A DNA stretch of 64,000 nucleotides from NCBI GenBank assembly GCA_963777125.1, contig CAVZPN010000024.1, forward strand, positions 6,596 to 70,595, in the 5' to 3' direction. Below the pieces are notes generated by a model that was not told the DNA's origin, ran no database searches, and saw nothing but the letters and a program-made list of their open reading frames with translations. Shown here piece after piece: positions 19,322 through 29,502 of this stretch (its first letter is position 1; each line of letters opens with the position of its first letter). This DNA is from an uncultured archaeon. Its GTDB lineage: Archaea > Nanobdellota > Nanobdellia > Woesearchaeales > UBA9642. A program made the translations under genes and the position numbers.

Positions 19322-20995
19322 CTATTTATCTAATTTATAAAAATGCACTTTATTGCCTGCTAGACTCGTATATGCTAAAATATTATTACTGCTTATAGCC
19401 ATTGATCTAAGAGAGGCATATCCTCCTTCACAAGGATCTTCAGGATAAATGTGTGTTGCCAATTCACCATATCTTTGTCCACGAACATATCCTTGAATAC
19501 TTTGAGCGACTTCAGAAGATAATTTATTTACAGCATATAATACTCCTTGAGAACTTACACAATGATTGGAAGGAATTGCTGCACTGTATTCATCATTTCC
19601 TATCATTAAACGCGCGTTTGTATGAGCTTTTTCTGTAAAACTTTTATCCATAGAGAATATTTTTCTTGCATGCTTAAAATAAATATCATTATTAAAAATT
19701 GCAATTCTTGGATTAGAATTAAAATTGGCATTACTAGCACCGCCGTTAGGACTATATCGCAATTGTGAACCAATTATCTCTTTTCCATTACTTGCTATTA
19801 AAATATTATCATAGCATTTAGGCTCATAATTGGGTTGAATTGCAAAATAAAAAATACCATCATTAAAATTTGTCTGAAAGATTTCATTATAACTAGTTAA
19901 AATATCTTTATTCTTTAATAAATTAATGACATCAATATATTTACTTTCATTATCTGTTAACTCAGCTAAATTACTTGAAGAAAATCTTTTAGTTCCGTTA
20001 ACATATATTACGTTATCTTGACCAACAACCAAACTGCCATCAAAATCCATAATCATGCCTAAAGTCCCTCCAAATTGAGAAGGTATCTTAGTATTTGTAG
20101 AATTTAATAATAGCCCTTTATCAATATCATATATATTCAGAATCATATGTGAATAAGCAAATTCATTTTTACTATTAATTTCTCCACCTAATAGGACTAA
20201 TTTATTATCCGAAGTAAAATCAATAGCGTAAGGCACAATATCTAAATTTAATGTTTTATCAGCTAGTAAAATTGGCGTAGATATTGTGTGTCTTTCCTTT
20301 AATTGTTTATCAATCAATAAATGATTTTCTAAATTAGTTTTAGTACGAGATAATTCGCGATGAAAATTACAATTTAAATCCCACAAACTGCCATCAGACA
20401 TCTTTTCACCAGTTACAAAATCTAATCTCCATTTAAACTCTCTTTCTAAATATCCTAGTCCTAAATTATTATTAGAATCTAAAATCTTTGAACGAATTTC
20501 TTTTACACCAAAATTTACATCTCGAGCTTTTAATACTCCTGTCAACAACATACAATAGATATAATTATCAAATTTTTCATCAGGAGGTAATCCTTTTTGG
20601 CGCATTAAATTAGTATAATCATTAGAAGTTAAAGTAAATAGTTTCATAGAATTATCCATTAATTCGTTATTATCCATATTAGAAACGGTTTTACCAAGAA
20701 GTTTTTCAAGTCCTTCCAAAAAAGTATTTTCTTGCATAATAGATGTATATACTGCAAATACTGAACTAGATTTTAATTTATGCTCGGCAAAGTTATCGAT
20801 AAACATTTCATCATAAAATATTGAACTTAAATCTTCGATAGACATTTCTTTACCAGAATACTGTTTTAAAACAGGCACTAAAGTAGATACATTTTGATTA
20901 AATAACTCATCTTCAGAAAATCTTTTTGAATAATCTAATATTCCTGCTCTTATTTGTTCAATCTCATTAAATGACAATTTCATTTTATCCCCCAA
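19322..20995 (-). CDS. hypothetical protein with N-terminal helical region and C-terminal beta-propeller-like repeats
   Basis: 557 aa. Repeated GxLxVGxDNVIYV and GIFYFA style strands suggest an NHL/SMP30-like propeller. Confidence 0.4.
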   Translation of the reverse strand: MGDKMKLSFNEIEQIRAGILDYSKRFSEDELFNQNVSTLVPVLKQYSGKEMSIEDLSSIFYDEMFIDNFAEHKLKSSSVFAVYTSIMQENTFLEGLEKLLGKTVSNMDNNELMDNSMKLFTLTSNDYTNLMRQKGLPPDEKFDNYIYCMLLTGVLKARDVNFGVKEIRSKILDSNNNLGLGYLEREFKWRLDFVTGEKMSDGSLWDLNCNFHRELSRTKTNLENHLLIDKQLKERHTISTPILLADKTLNLDIVPYAIDFTSDNKLVLLGGEINSKNEFAYSHMILNIYDIDKGLLLNSTNTKIPSQFGGTLGMIMDFDGSLVVGQDNVIYVNGTKRFSSSNLAELTDNESKYIDVINLLKNKDILTSYNEIFQTNFNDGIFYFAIQPNYEPKCYDNILIASNGKEIIGSQLRYSPNGGASNANFNSNPRIAIFNNDIYFKHARKIFSMDKSFTEKAHTNARLMIGNDEYSAAIPSNHCVSSQGVLYAVNKLSSEVAQSIQGYVRGQRYGELATHIYPEDPCEGGYASLRSMAISSNNILAYTSLAGNKVHFYKLDK

Positions 20996-21086
20996 AGATG
21001 TGCTTAAATAGGTAAGCTTAGAAGCATTTTTAAAGGTTACTATAGGTTACTACTGAATAATAAATATTAATAACATTATATTATTA

Positions 21087-21728
21087 TCAATCTCCTTCCA
21101 ATTCTAACTTAAATTCATCCAAAAAATTAAATAGAAAATCTGTTCTTCTTTTAGCTATTTCTCGTGCTGTTTTAGTATGCATTCTATTCCCAACTTTAAG
21201 CAATCTCTCGTAAAATAAATCTAAAGCAAAAGAAGTTGTATCAGATTTACGATATTCACAAAATGGATCATCTAAATTATAAAAAGGCCTTTTCATTTGT
21301 CCTGCTGAAGAATAAGTTCGCATAATAGAAATAGCGCCTGTTGCTTCAAGTCCATCAGCATCCTGTAATATTTTTGATTCCAAAGAATCAGGAATTATTC
21401 CTTTACTAAATGAACACTCTAAAATACATGACTTAATAGGAAGTATTTTATTTTTTGGAAAAGAATCAATAGTATACAATATCTGTTCTGCTTTTTCTGC
21501 ACTCTCTTCTTGCGATTTATATCTATCAGGATGATCTTTTGGATACACTATTAAATCATGAAATAATGCTGCTGGCGTTAGAATATATAAATCTCCACCT
21601 TCAATTTTAGAAATTTTTTCTACGTTTGATAAAACTCGAAATGCATGTGCAAAATCATGAGAAACATCATCTTTAGAAATAATATCTTTAGCAATTTGAA
21701 TTAAATATGTTCTTAACTCAGTATTCAT
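21087..21728 (-). CDS. HD-domain phosphohydrolase
   Basis: H...HD signature (HDFAHAFRV ... ALFHDL). Confidence 0.65.
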   Translation of the reverse strand: MNTELRTYLIQIAKDIISKDDVSHDFAHAFRVLSNVEKISKIEGGDLYILTPAALFHDLIVYPKDHPDRYKSQEESAEKAEQILYTIDSFPKNKILPIKSCILECSFSKGIIPDSLESKILQDADGLEATGAISIMRTYSSAGQMKRPFYNLDDPFCEYRKSDTTSFALDLFYERLLKVGNRMHTKTAREIAKRRTDFLFNFLDEFKLELEGD

Positions 21729-21858
21729 AAAGGTTAGGAAACTAGATTAATTTAAATAAGTTTCTTAAAGCTCAAATAAATAGATAATAAGCCCAATAAG
21801 AATAACAATAACAATAAATGCAACACAGTATAGAACATATAAGAGACATTAGGAAATA

Positions 21859-22722
21859 TTAAGAATATATTCTTTCAAACTTTAAAGTATAATCAGAAGA
21901 AAAATTCTTTAGTTTCATAAAATCTAACAATTTAGAAAATGACCCTAAAGTATTATTCGGAATAGATTCCATAATTATATTATTTTCAGGATTATGACTC
22001 CAAAAACTCTTTAATGCAGTATCAACTGGAAAAAGTTTATATCCATCTTTTGCTGGAACAAACACGTCTGTCCATACATGGCCTTCTTCATCAAGTATTT
22101 TTCCATCAACCCCTTTAGTAGGATAGCTTTTAGCATTACATAATGCACTAAAAAAAGTTTTAGATTCTTTACAATTACCAGAAAAATATCCTTGAGTCGC
22201 ATATTCATTAAACAATACAGATATTGGCTTTCCAATAGTATTTAACTCAGGCAACTGATGTTTACGAACAAAACCATAAAAAGTATATAATATTTTAATA
22301 GTACTTTTTTCTGTTCCTACAAGTTTATTTGCTAAATCACAAATTTCCTTGGGTGCTTTTTCCAAGAAATATTCTTGTATTGCAGGAGAAATATTATTTA
22401 AATGATTTATTGATAGAACATTATCTAAAGTATTAACATATTTTGTTTCAAAAATATATTTTCCTTTTTCTTTTAAAACTAAATTTTCTTCACAGAATAT
22501 TGCAGGATACAAGCGCGTTAATATATGATCTAATTTGGTGCTAGTTAAAATTAAATTTCTCTCTGTTTTTAATGTGGCCCTAATATTGCCTTGCATAGGA
22601 ATAAAAAGCGTATCCTTTGGAAATACAAGTACTTCGTCGTTATAATTACAAAAAGTTTTAGAGTTAGATACGGCGTTAGATATAATATAATCTGCTGACA
22701 TAATATATAGATAAAATAACAT
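21859..22722 (-). CDS. cytoplasmic transglutaminase-like domain protein
   Basis: GNCKESKTFFSALCNAKSYPTKGV matches G-x-C...F..ALCRA.GIPAR. GHVWTDVFV and FPVDTA match the H-x-W and D-P-T motifs. No signal peptide. Confidence 0.55.
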   Translation of the reverse strand: MLFYLYIMSADYIISNAVSNSKTFCNYNDEVLVFPKDTLFIPMQGNIRATLKTERNLILTSTKLDHILTRLYPAIFCEENLVLKEKGKYIFETKYVNTLDNVLSINHLNNISPAIQEYFLEKAPKEICDLANKLVGTEKSTIKILYTFYGFVRKHQLPELNTIGKPISVLFNEYATQGYFSGNCKESKTFFSALCNAKSYPTKGVDGKILDEEGHVWTDVFVPAKDGYKLFPVDTALKSFWSHNPENNIIMESIPNNTLGSFSKLLDFMKLKNFSSDYTLKFERIYS

Positions 22723-22883
22723 ATTTATAAATATTACTATAATTAACTACTATAAAGTAATACTTAAATTCCTTTTATTAAAAACACATTAAATAATAGC
22801 ATAAAGAATAATTTAATATTCGCACTACCCACACAAGTCATCCTCACGTAGCCTATTTAAAGCAATCAGTAAACATTTTATAT

Positions 22884-25223
22884 ATGAGCGCAGATTCTAT
22901 TCTAGTTAATGTTAGTGAGGAATATATGAGAAAAGATACTACAACTAATCATATTGAGTATTTAAAAGATTTCACACCTCGATTATATCAAGAAAATATA
23001 TTCAATACTTGCACTAAATATAATACTTTAGTTGTGCTTCCAACTGGCGTTGGTAAAACAGCAATTTTTCTTATGATGGCAGCATTTAGACTTAACATGT
23101 ATCCTAATAGTAAAATTCTTCTTTTGGGTCCTACAAGACCATTAATTGATCAATACTCGCAAGTATTTGAAAAATATTTTAATATTGATAAATCTAAAAT
23201 TGCAATATTTACAGGTTTTGTTAGTCCTGAAAAACGCGCTGAAATATGGAAAAATGCTCAAATAATATTTTCTACACCACAAGGTCTTGAGAATGATATC
23301 TTATCAAATAAAATCGACATAAGCAATATTTCATTATTAGGCTTTGACGAATCTCACAGAGCAACTGGTGAATACTCATATAATTTTATTGCAAAGCAAT
23401 ACATGAAAAAAGCTCTTCATCCAAGAATCCTGGCCCTTACAGCAAGTCCTGGAACTGATCAAGAAACAATTAATGGAGTATGTCAAAATCTATTTATTGA
23501 AAAAATAGAAGTTAGAAGTACTAAAGACGAAGATGTTGCATCCTATGTTAAAGAGATAGATATAAAAAGAGTTTTTGTGGAATTACCTGATGAATTTTTG
23601 AATATTAAAAAACATTTAGATCTATGTTATAAATCTAAGATGAATGAATTAAAAAATCTTGGATTAGTCACAGATAATATTAGTTATTCTAAAAAAAATA
23701 TTTTAGGAATGCAAGCATCCATTCATGGAAAAATTTCTAGTGGAGAAAAAGATTTCGAATTAATGAAAGCTGCAAGTATGCTAGCTGAAGCAATTAAAGT
23801 TCATCATGCAATTGAACTAGTAGAGACTCAAGGAATTGAACCATTAAAGATGTATATGGATAAATTACAGCTAGAAGCAAAAGCTGGAAAAACTAAAGCC
23901 ACAGTTAATCTTGTTCGAGACATCAATTTTAGAAATGCGTATATTTTAACTGAAAAAGTTTTTGGCAAATTCGAACATCCTAAATTTATTGAATTAAAAA
24001 AAATAATTACTGAAGAACTAGATTCAAAAATGCCTGAAAATTTAAAAAAGAAAATAATTATATTTTCGCAATATCGTGATAGCGGCAGTAAGATTACTAA
24101 AGAATTAATGAGTTTAGGATTTAAAACAAAACTATTTGTTGGTCAAGCAAAAAAGAAAGACACAGGTTTAAGTCAGAAAAAACAAAAGGAAATGATTGAA
24201 CAATTCTCTAATAGCGATTTTAACATTCTAGTTTCAAGTAGTGTCGGTGAAGAAGGCCTTGATATTCCTCAAGTAGATTTAGTTATATTTTATGAACCGG
24301 TTCCTAGTGCCATTAGAAAAATTCAACGTTCTGGAAGAACAGGAAGACTTGAGGATGGAAGAATTATAATGCTTATAACTAAAGACACTATTGATGAAGT
24401 ATATTATCATGTTGCACGAAATAAAGAAAAAATGATGTATAAAAACATTAATACAATCACAAATAATTACAACAATGGCACAACTAACCTCATTAAAAAT
24501 GTTGAAAATAAAACTAAAACATTAATGGATTATCATGAAAAATCGCAAGATGCCAACTCTAAGACAAATACAGACATGACATTAGCAAAAGTTAAAATAT
24601 TTGCAGATTATCGTGAAAAAGGAAGTAATGTATTAAAAGAACTACTAGATAAAGTAGAATTAAATTTAGAAAAATTAGCAATTGGAGATTTCTTACTCAG
24701 CACAAGAGTTGCTGTAGAATATAAAACAGTACAAGATTTCGTTGATTCAATACTTGATGGTAGATTGCTTTCTCAATTAAAAGAACTAATTAAATATGAA
24801 AGACCAATAATTATAATTGAAGGTATAGAAGATATATATTCTGTTCGTAAAATTCATCCTAACAGCATTAGAGGTATGATTGCAACCATAACAGTTTCTT
24901 ACGGTATTCCATTAATACAGACAAGAAATGCTAAAGATACTGCTGAATACTTAATTAGTATTGCAAAACGTGAACAGATAAATGAGAAGAATGAAATACA
25001 GCACCATTATAAAAAACCCGAAAGCATTAAAGAACAACAAGAATACTTCATTTCAGCATTACCAAACATCGGCATGGGTGGAGCTAGACCATTACTCAAT
25101 CATTTTAAGAGTGTAAAAAACATCGTTAATGCAACAGAAAAAGAATTGCAAGATGTTGATTTAATTGGTCCAAAGAAATCAAAAACATTAAAAGAATTGT
25201 TTGATAAAGAATGGGATGAATAA
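22884..25223 (+). CDS. hef: Hef helicase-nuclease (archaeal XPF/FANCM homolog with ERCC4 nuclease domain)
   Basis: Walker A GVGKT and DESH box in the SF2 N-terminal half. Helicase C-terminal motifs (QRSGRTGR). ERCC4 nuclease core (ADYRE...IERK). C-terminal HhH2. Confidence 0.85.
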   Translation: MSADSILVNVSEEYMRKDTTTNHIEYLKDFTPRLYQENIFNTCTKYNTLVVLPTGVGKTAIFLMMAAFRLNMYPNSKILLLGPTRPLIDQYSQVFEKYFNIDKSKIAIFTGFVSPEKRAEIWKNAQIIFSTPQGLENDILSNKIDISNISLLGFDESHRATGEYSYNFIAKQYMKKALHPRILALTASPGTDQETINGVCQNLFIEKIEVRSTKDEDVASYVKEIDIKRVFVELPDEFLNIKKHLDLCYKSKMNELKNLGLVTDNISYSKKNILGMQASIHGKISSGEKDFELMKAASMLAEAIKVHHAIELVETQGIEPLKMYMDKLQLEAKAGKTKATVNLVRDINFRNAYILTEKVFGKFEHPKFIELKKIITEELDSKMPENLKKKIIIFSQYRDSGSKITKELMSLGFKTKLFVGQAKKKDTGLSQKKQKEMIEQFSNSDFNILVSSSVGEEGLDIPQVDLVIFYEPVPSAIRKIQRSGRTGRLEDGRIIMLITKDTIDEVYYHVARNKEKMMYKNINTITNNYNNGTTNLIKNVENKTKTLMDYHEKSQDANSKTNTDMTLAKVKIFADYREKGSNVLKELLDKVELNLEKLAIGDFLLSTRVAVEYKTVQDFVDSILDGRLLSQLKELIKYERPIIIIEGIEDIYSVRKIHPNSIRGMIATITVSYGIPLIQTRNAKDTAEYLISIAKREQINEKNEIQHHYKKPESIKEQQEYFISALPNIGMGGARPLLNHFKSVKNIVNATEKELQDVDLIGPKKSKTLKELFDKEWDE

Positions 25224-25296
25224 TAACTAAATGCTTACTCCTTTATAGTGATGAACATAACATAACTTTTATAAATCACTAACCTATTCTATTTTT

Positions 25297-26238
25297 ATGA
25301 GTATTGAAGATATAACTCGAGAATTAAAAATTAAACCATACAAAAAATATGGTGACGAAATAACATATATATTCGCAGATATGTTAAAAAATACTGATAC
25401 ATGGAATGACGTTAAAATAGAAGAAGATGAACGACTTCTTGATTTTTTAAATGCATTCAATGATATAAAAATTGTAAACAATCTACCTGTATACGATCCT
25501 TCTAAACATATGCAAAAAGAATTCACAGGTTTTGTAAAAAATGAAAATCGACAAGAATTAAGTTTAAGCGAAGATCAAGAATTCTTTAAATATGCCAATT
25601 ATGCCTATATCCTAAATGGCACTACAAGATATATTCAGCACCATAAAATTACTGCATTTTTTAAAGAAAATTTTGTTTTCAAAATTAGTTCTAATCTTCC
25701 TGAATTCTTATCAAGACCTCCTGAACACTGGGCGGAAAATCCTGAAGAAATAGATTGGCATACTAGATATGCGCCACACGTAAGCTATAAAAGTAGACAA
25801 GCAGTATTCCATAATGACAATAATACTAGAATTTATGTTCAATTAAGTGATGAATTTAACGGTTTACCACCATTACTAAACATTACGGTTAACTCAACAA
25901 AAAAAGCATTATTCCATGACGGAACCGTAGGCAATAATACCATACAATTATGGATAAATCCTGAAAATACCTCAAGTCTAATTTATGAAGATTATTCTAA
26001 AGCATTAACAGAAATGCAAAAAGATCCTTATCTTTTCAATAATGCTAAAGAATTCCTAAAAACATTCGGAGAATTCTACATTGATACTCGTTCAGATATA
26101 ACGCATCCTATTGGACAAATATATTTTCCAAATAACATGCTTAAACCAAAAAATATAGATTATAGAAATATAGATAGCAATAGAATAAAATTATCTGAAA
26201 TTATAGATATAATACCTCATTACATAGAAAGAAAATAA
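25297..26238 (+). CDS. hypothetical protein
   Basis: 313 aa ORF directly downstream of hef. The next ORF starts 2 nt later. Confidence 0.45.
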   Translation: MSIEDITRELKIKPYKKYGDEITYIFADMLKNTDTWNDVKIEEDERLLDFLNAFNDIKIVNNLPVYDPSKHMQKEFTGFVKNENRQELSLSEDQEFFKYANYAYILNGTTRYIQHHKITAFFKENFVFKISSNLPEFLSRPPEHWAENPEEIDWHTRYAPHVSYKSRQAVFHNDNNTRIYVQLSDEFNGLPPLLNITVNSTKKALFHDGTVGNNTIQLWINPENTSSLIYEDYSKALTEMQKDPYLFNNAKEFLKTFGEFYIDTRSDITHPIGQIYFPNNMLKPKNIDYRNIDSNRIKLSEIIDIIPHYIERK

Positions 26239-26239
26239 G

Positions 26240-27205
26240 ATGAACGAAGAAAGTAAGATAGACAAAAAAAGACGAAAATTCTTAGAATACAGCGTATTAG
26301 CTGCAATATGCACAACAAAAATAATACTAAAACGTGAATCGGATGCTAATTTAAAGAAAACTGATGACGAGATTAATCCTGCGCCAGTAAACATGCAATT
26401 AGATCAAAAAACTATGTCAGAAATATGGGGTCAATCCAACTATACTCCACACATTTTTGAAACTAATATAAATGAAATTCAACATAAAAGTTTAGGCGTT
26501 AGTCACACAAGAAAATTTGCGCAAATATATTATGATACACTAGAAGAATTAGTTAAAAACTCTAAATACGTTATCTCTGAAGGTGGACCAGAACATTTAG
26601 AAAAAGAATATGTATTCAATGATGCCAAAGCATATTTTGGAACTATAATCAAATTATGTCAACGATATCATAAACCACTAATATTTACGGATCCCTTAAC
26701 AACAACTATAGAAAAATCTGAATTAGCATTATTTATGGTCGCTATGGCTGGAATAACACTAAATAATAAACAAACAGCCTCAAGAAGAACAATAATAAAA
26801 AATGTAGTAAAGGCAGGACTAGCATATTTAAGTATAGGCTCAAGTATAGAAAATTATATTAAAACACCCTTAGATTATGAAACATATTTTAATAGTATTG
26901 GAGCGCAAAAAGCCAGATATTTTAGTGCGATAGATCAAAGAAATGTAGAACTAACTAGAAGAATAACTGCATTATCAAAAGTATTACCACAAAAATATAC
27001 TAATGGAAATTATGTTCTATTTACCTACGGCAAATTACACACAGCAGGCATAGAATATTATCTAAAACATCCAAATATATTACAAGCAAAACATCTTCTT
27101 TATGCATCAAATTATAATCTAATAGATAATGACGATGTTAAAGAATATTCTTGGAACAATAACAGCTGGAATATGAAACCAATACAATTAACACTTAATC
27201 AATAA
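26240..27205 (+). CDS. hypothetical protein with a weak RR-F-L motif at the N-terminus
   Basis: 321 aa. N-terminus has KKRRKFLEYSVLAAI. This is a possible Tat-like signal, but the h-region is weak. Confidence 0.4.
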   Translation: MNEESKIDKKRRKFLEYSVLAAICTTKIILKRESDANLKKTDDEINPAPVNMQLDQKTMSEIWGQSNYTPHIFETNINEIQHKSLGVSHTRKFAQIYYDTLEELVKNSKYVISEGGPEHLEKEYVFNDAKAYFGTIIKLCQRYHKPLIFTDPLTTTIEKSELALFMVAMAGITLNNKQTASRRTIIKNVVKAGLAYLSIGSSIENYIKTPLDYETYFNSIGAQKARYFSAIDQRNVELTRRITALSKVLPQKYTNGNYVLFTYGKLHTAGIEYYLKHPNILQAKHLLYASNYNLIDNDDVKEYSWNNNSWNMKPIQLTLNQ

Positions 27206-27236
27206 TATTTATAAAATAAAGATCAGGTGATTTAAT

Positions 27237-27638
27237 ATGCCTAATAAAAAAGAAAAAGCATTAAGAGACATAGTAAACACAGAAATAAATAAGATACAAA
27301 AAAAGGCAGAAGAAAGAATTAAATTAGTAGAATATTCTAAAATAATTTTTGATATAAATTATAAACAAATAAAAGAAGCAAATCCTAAATATGGAAATGA
27401 TGACGTAGAATTATTCTTAATAACAAAAGAAAAAGTTGAAAAATTAATAACCCTAACTAACTCTAACTACTTTATACATTTAAATAAGAATGAAGATCAA
27501 AAAGAATTAGAAACAATTGCGGAATGGACTACTGTTGTAGGTGCTGATGAACCAAGTCTTGGATATCATAGAAGATTAAATGAATTAGGGAGAGGACTAA
27601 TGATTGGATGGCAAGAATATAAACGCACATTTAACTAA
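27237..27638 (+). CDS. hypothetical protein
   Basis: 133 aa ORF, co-directional with the two preceding genes. Confidence 0.4.
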   Translation: MPNKKEKALRDIVNTEINKIQKKAEERIKLVEYSKIIFDINYKQIKEANPKYGNDDVELFLITKEKVEKLITLTNSNYFIHLNKNEDQKELETIAEWTTVVGADEPSLGYHRRLNELGRGLMIGWQEYKRTFN

Positions 27639-27645
27639 AAATAAG

Positions 27646-28473
27646 TTATTCTCTCTCATAAACTTCTTTTTGATAATATTCTCTCAATAATAAAATTAAC
27701 TGTTTTGTTATCGGACCAACTTCTCGATTAATATCTTCATTAATTTGTCTTATAGGCAAAATACTCATACTCGTACTACTGATAAAAAATTCATCATAAT
27801 CATTTAAATTACTATAAGATATCTCTTCTTCAACTACATTAATATTATTAGCTCTAGCTAACTCTAATACTATTTTACGAATTACACCTTCTAAAACTTT
27901 TGATGAGGGCGCCGTATAAAGAATATTATTTTTTACTGCAAAAAAATTAGTACGAGTCCCTTCCGATAAAAAGCCGTTTGAATCAACGAGTAATGCATCA
28001 TGAGCATTATGCCTTGTAGCTTCCCTATAAGCTAAAAAATTTAGTAATAAATTTTTTGATTTGGATTCAGGAACTAACCTTTCACCAACGTAAGTTATAA
28101 CTTTGATTCCGGAATTATATTCTTTAGAACTATAAAATGTAAGGCCTACAGGAAACAAAAATAGTAAAGGTTTTTCATCACTCGATGCTGCGCCAATAAG
28201 TAACATTCTTATTAAAGAGTCTTTAAGATTATTTTTCTCAATTAGAAGATCAATCCACGAAATAATCTCGTCTTGTGTAAACGGATGAATTAATTCTAAA
28301 ACACGCGCTGATTCGAGTAATCTTGCAACATGAAACTTAGGGAAAAATGATTTACCTTTCACTATCTTCATAGAATCATACACTGCAAAATCAAAAAATA
28401 ATGCTTTATTAAATACAGAAATATTAGCAGAATCTTTAGGTACGATCTCGCCATTAATTATTACAAAAGACAT
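27646..28473 (-). CDS. class IV aminotransferase (branched-chain / D-amino-acid aminotransferase fold)
   Basis: Approximately 275 aa with the typical fold-type IV layout, including the EGTRTNFF motif that resembles the PLP-binding E-G-x-x-x-N-(L/F)-F region. Confidence 0.65.
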   Translation of the reverse strand: MSFVIINGEIVPKDSANISVFNKALFFDFAVYDSMKIVKGKSFFPKFHVARLLESARVLELIHPFTQDEIISWIDLLIEKNNLKDSLIRMLLIGAASSDEKPLLFLFPVGLTFYSSKEYNSGIKVITYVGERLVPESKSKNLLLNFLAYREATRHNAHDALLVDSNGFLSEGTRTNFFAVKNNILYTAPSSKVLEGVIRKIVLELARANNINVVEEEISYSNLNDYDEFFISSTSMSILPIRQINEDINREVGPITKQLILLLREYYQKEVYERE

Positions 28474-28550
28474 TTTTCACCTCTTAAAACAGCAAATAAA
28501 TATATACTCACTAAATACATAGTAGATATTAAATACGCAGTAAATATTAT

Positions 28551-29144
28551 TTAATATTTCTTCTTTAATATTTCTTTGTATATTTCATTAACATCTTTAT
28601 ATAATTTAGAATCTTCAAGTCGCGTAAATACTTCATCATTGTTTATTAAAAAATCCGCTTGTACAAGACACATTCCTACTTGTTGACCATTTAAGGGTTC
28701 ATTAAATCCTCTATCTCTTGCATCTGCAATTACAAATTTATCAGTATTTAATAATTCTGCATCACGATTTCTTGCTTGAATTCTATGCCATCTTACTTCA
28801 AAAGGTGCATCAACACCAATTAAGGTAAAATTAGAATTCTCTCTTAAATATACTATTTCATCAACATTTCGTATGCCGACAATTATTAATGGAATATCAT
28901 AAGAATCATATTTTTTTAATGCTCTTACTGCAAGTACTGAACCGCCTTCATTTTTTCGCAATTCATTACCTAAGTCCTGTTGACTGCTACGAGTTATTTC
29001 AAGACCACGTAATGTTAATTCATCTCGACAGACTTCTCCAAGACTAATTAAGTGACATCCTTTTGTTTTAAGTATTGCTGCAACTACATCTTTTCCAGAA
29101 CATATTGTTCCACTAATTCCTATAACTAATTTTTTTTGTTTCAT
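28551..29144 (-). CDS. P-loop nucleotide/nucleoside kinase (dephospho-CoA kinase-like, UPF0200-like)
   Basis: Walker A ISGTICSGKD and a lid-like R-rich region. The ATG overlaps the histone stop codon (ATGA). Confidence 0.55.
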   Translation of the reverse strand: MKQKKLVIGISGTICSGKDVVAAILKTKGCHLISLGEVCRDELTLRGLEITRSSQQDLGNELRKNEGGSVLAVRALKKYDSYDIPLIIVGIRNVDEIVYLRENSNFTLIGVDAPFEVRWHRIQARNRDAELLNTDKFVIADARDRGFNEPLNGQQVGMCLVQADFLINNDEVFTRLEDSKLYKDVNEIYKEILKKKY

Positions 29145-29356
29145 TTTTTATTTTTGGCCGCAAATTTTACATCTTCAGCTTTAATTGTTTTTCGACCAGC
29201 ATGTATTGATAATTCTGCTGCAGCCTTTGCAAGTTCAAGACCTTTTTCTTCTAAATATAATCTCAATTCTTCCTTTGCAGGCTCGCTTACACGAATATCT
29301 GAAGATCCTTTTTTTAAAATCTTTTCCATAGCTGCTAACGGCAATATTTTACTCAT
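29141..29356 (-). CDS. archaeal histone (HMf family histone fold)
   Basis: MSKILPLAAMEKILKK...RVSEPAKEELRLYLEEKGLELAKAAAELSIHAGRKTIKAEDVKFAAKNKK aligns with HMfB (LPIAP..RI.K.AGAERVS...HAGRKTIKAEDI). The ORF-track start at 29377 is probably an upstream in-frame Met. SD gagggtga lies 4 nt before the ATG at 29356. Confidence 0.85.
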   Translation of the reverse strand: MSKILPLAAMEKILKKGSSDIRVSEPAKEELRLYLEEKGLELAKAAAELSIHAGRKTIKAEDVKFAAKNKK

Positions 29357-29385
29357 GAAATCACCCTCAAATTCCAAAACAAGTT

Positions 29386-29425
29386 ATAATAAGTACTATT
29401 ATAATATTATAAGCACTATTATATT
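29386..29425. repeat. tandem 20-nt direct repeat (ATAATAAGTACTATTATAAT / ATTATAAGCACTATTATATT) in histone promoter region
   Basis: Two adjacent units with 16 of 20 positions identical, 30-70 bp upstream of the histone ATG on the minus strand. Confidence 0.4.
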
Positions 29426-29502
29426 ATTAACAATCTAGAATCGCCTATTTAAAGATTACGGAATATAAAAAAATTTAAATAGAATACTAAGTTAATCTAA
29501 AT

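Noticed and set aside
26240-26330. Possible Tat signal (KKRRKFLEYSVLAAI) on the 321 aa hypothetical protein
   Set aside because: The h-region is short and interrupted by charged residues, and the motif lacks the S/T before RR. This is too weak to call, so it is noted only in the feature evidence.
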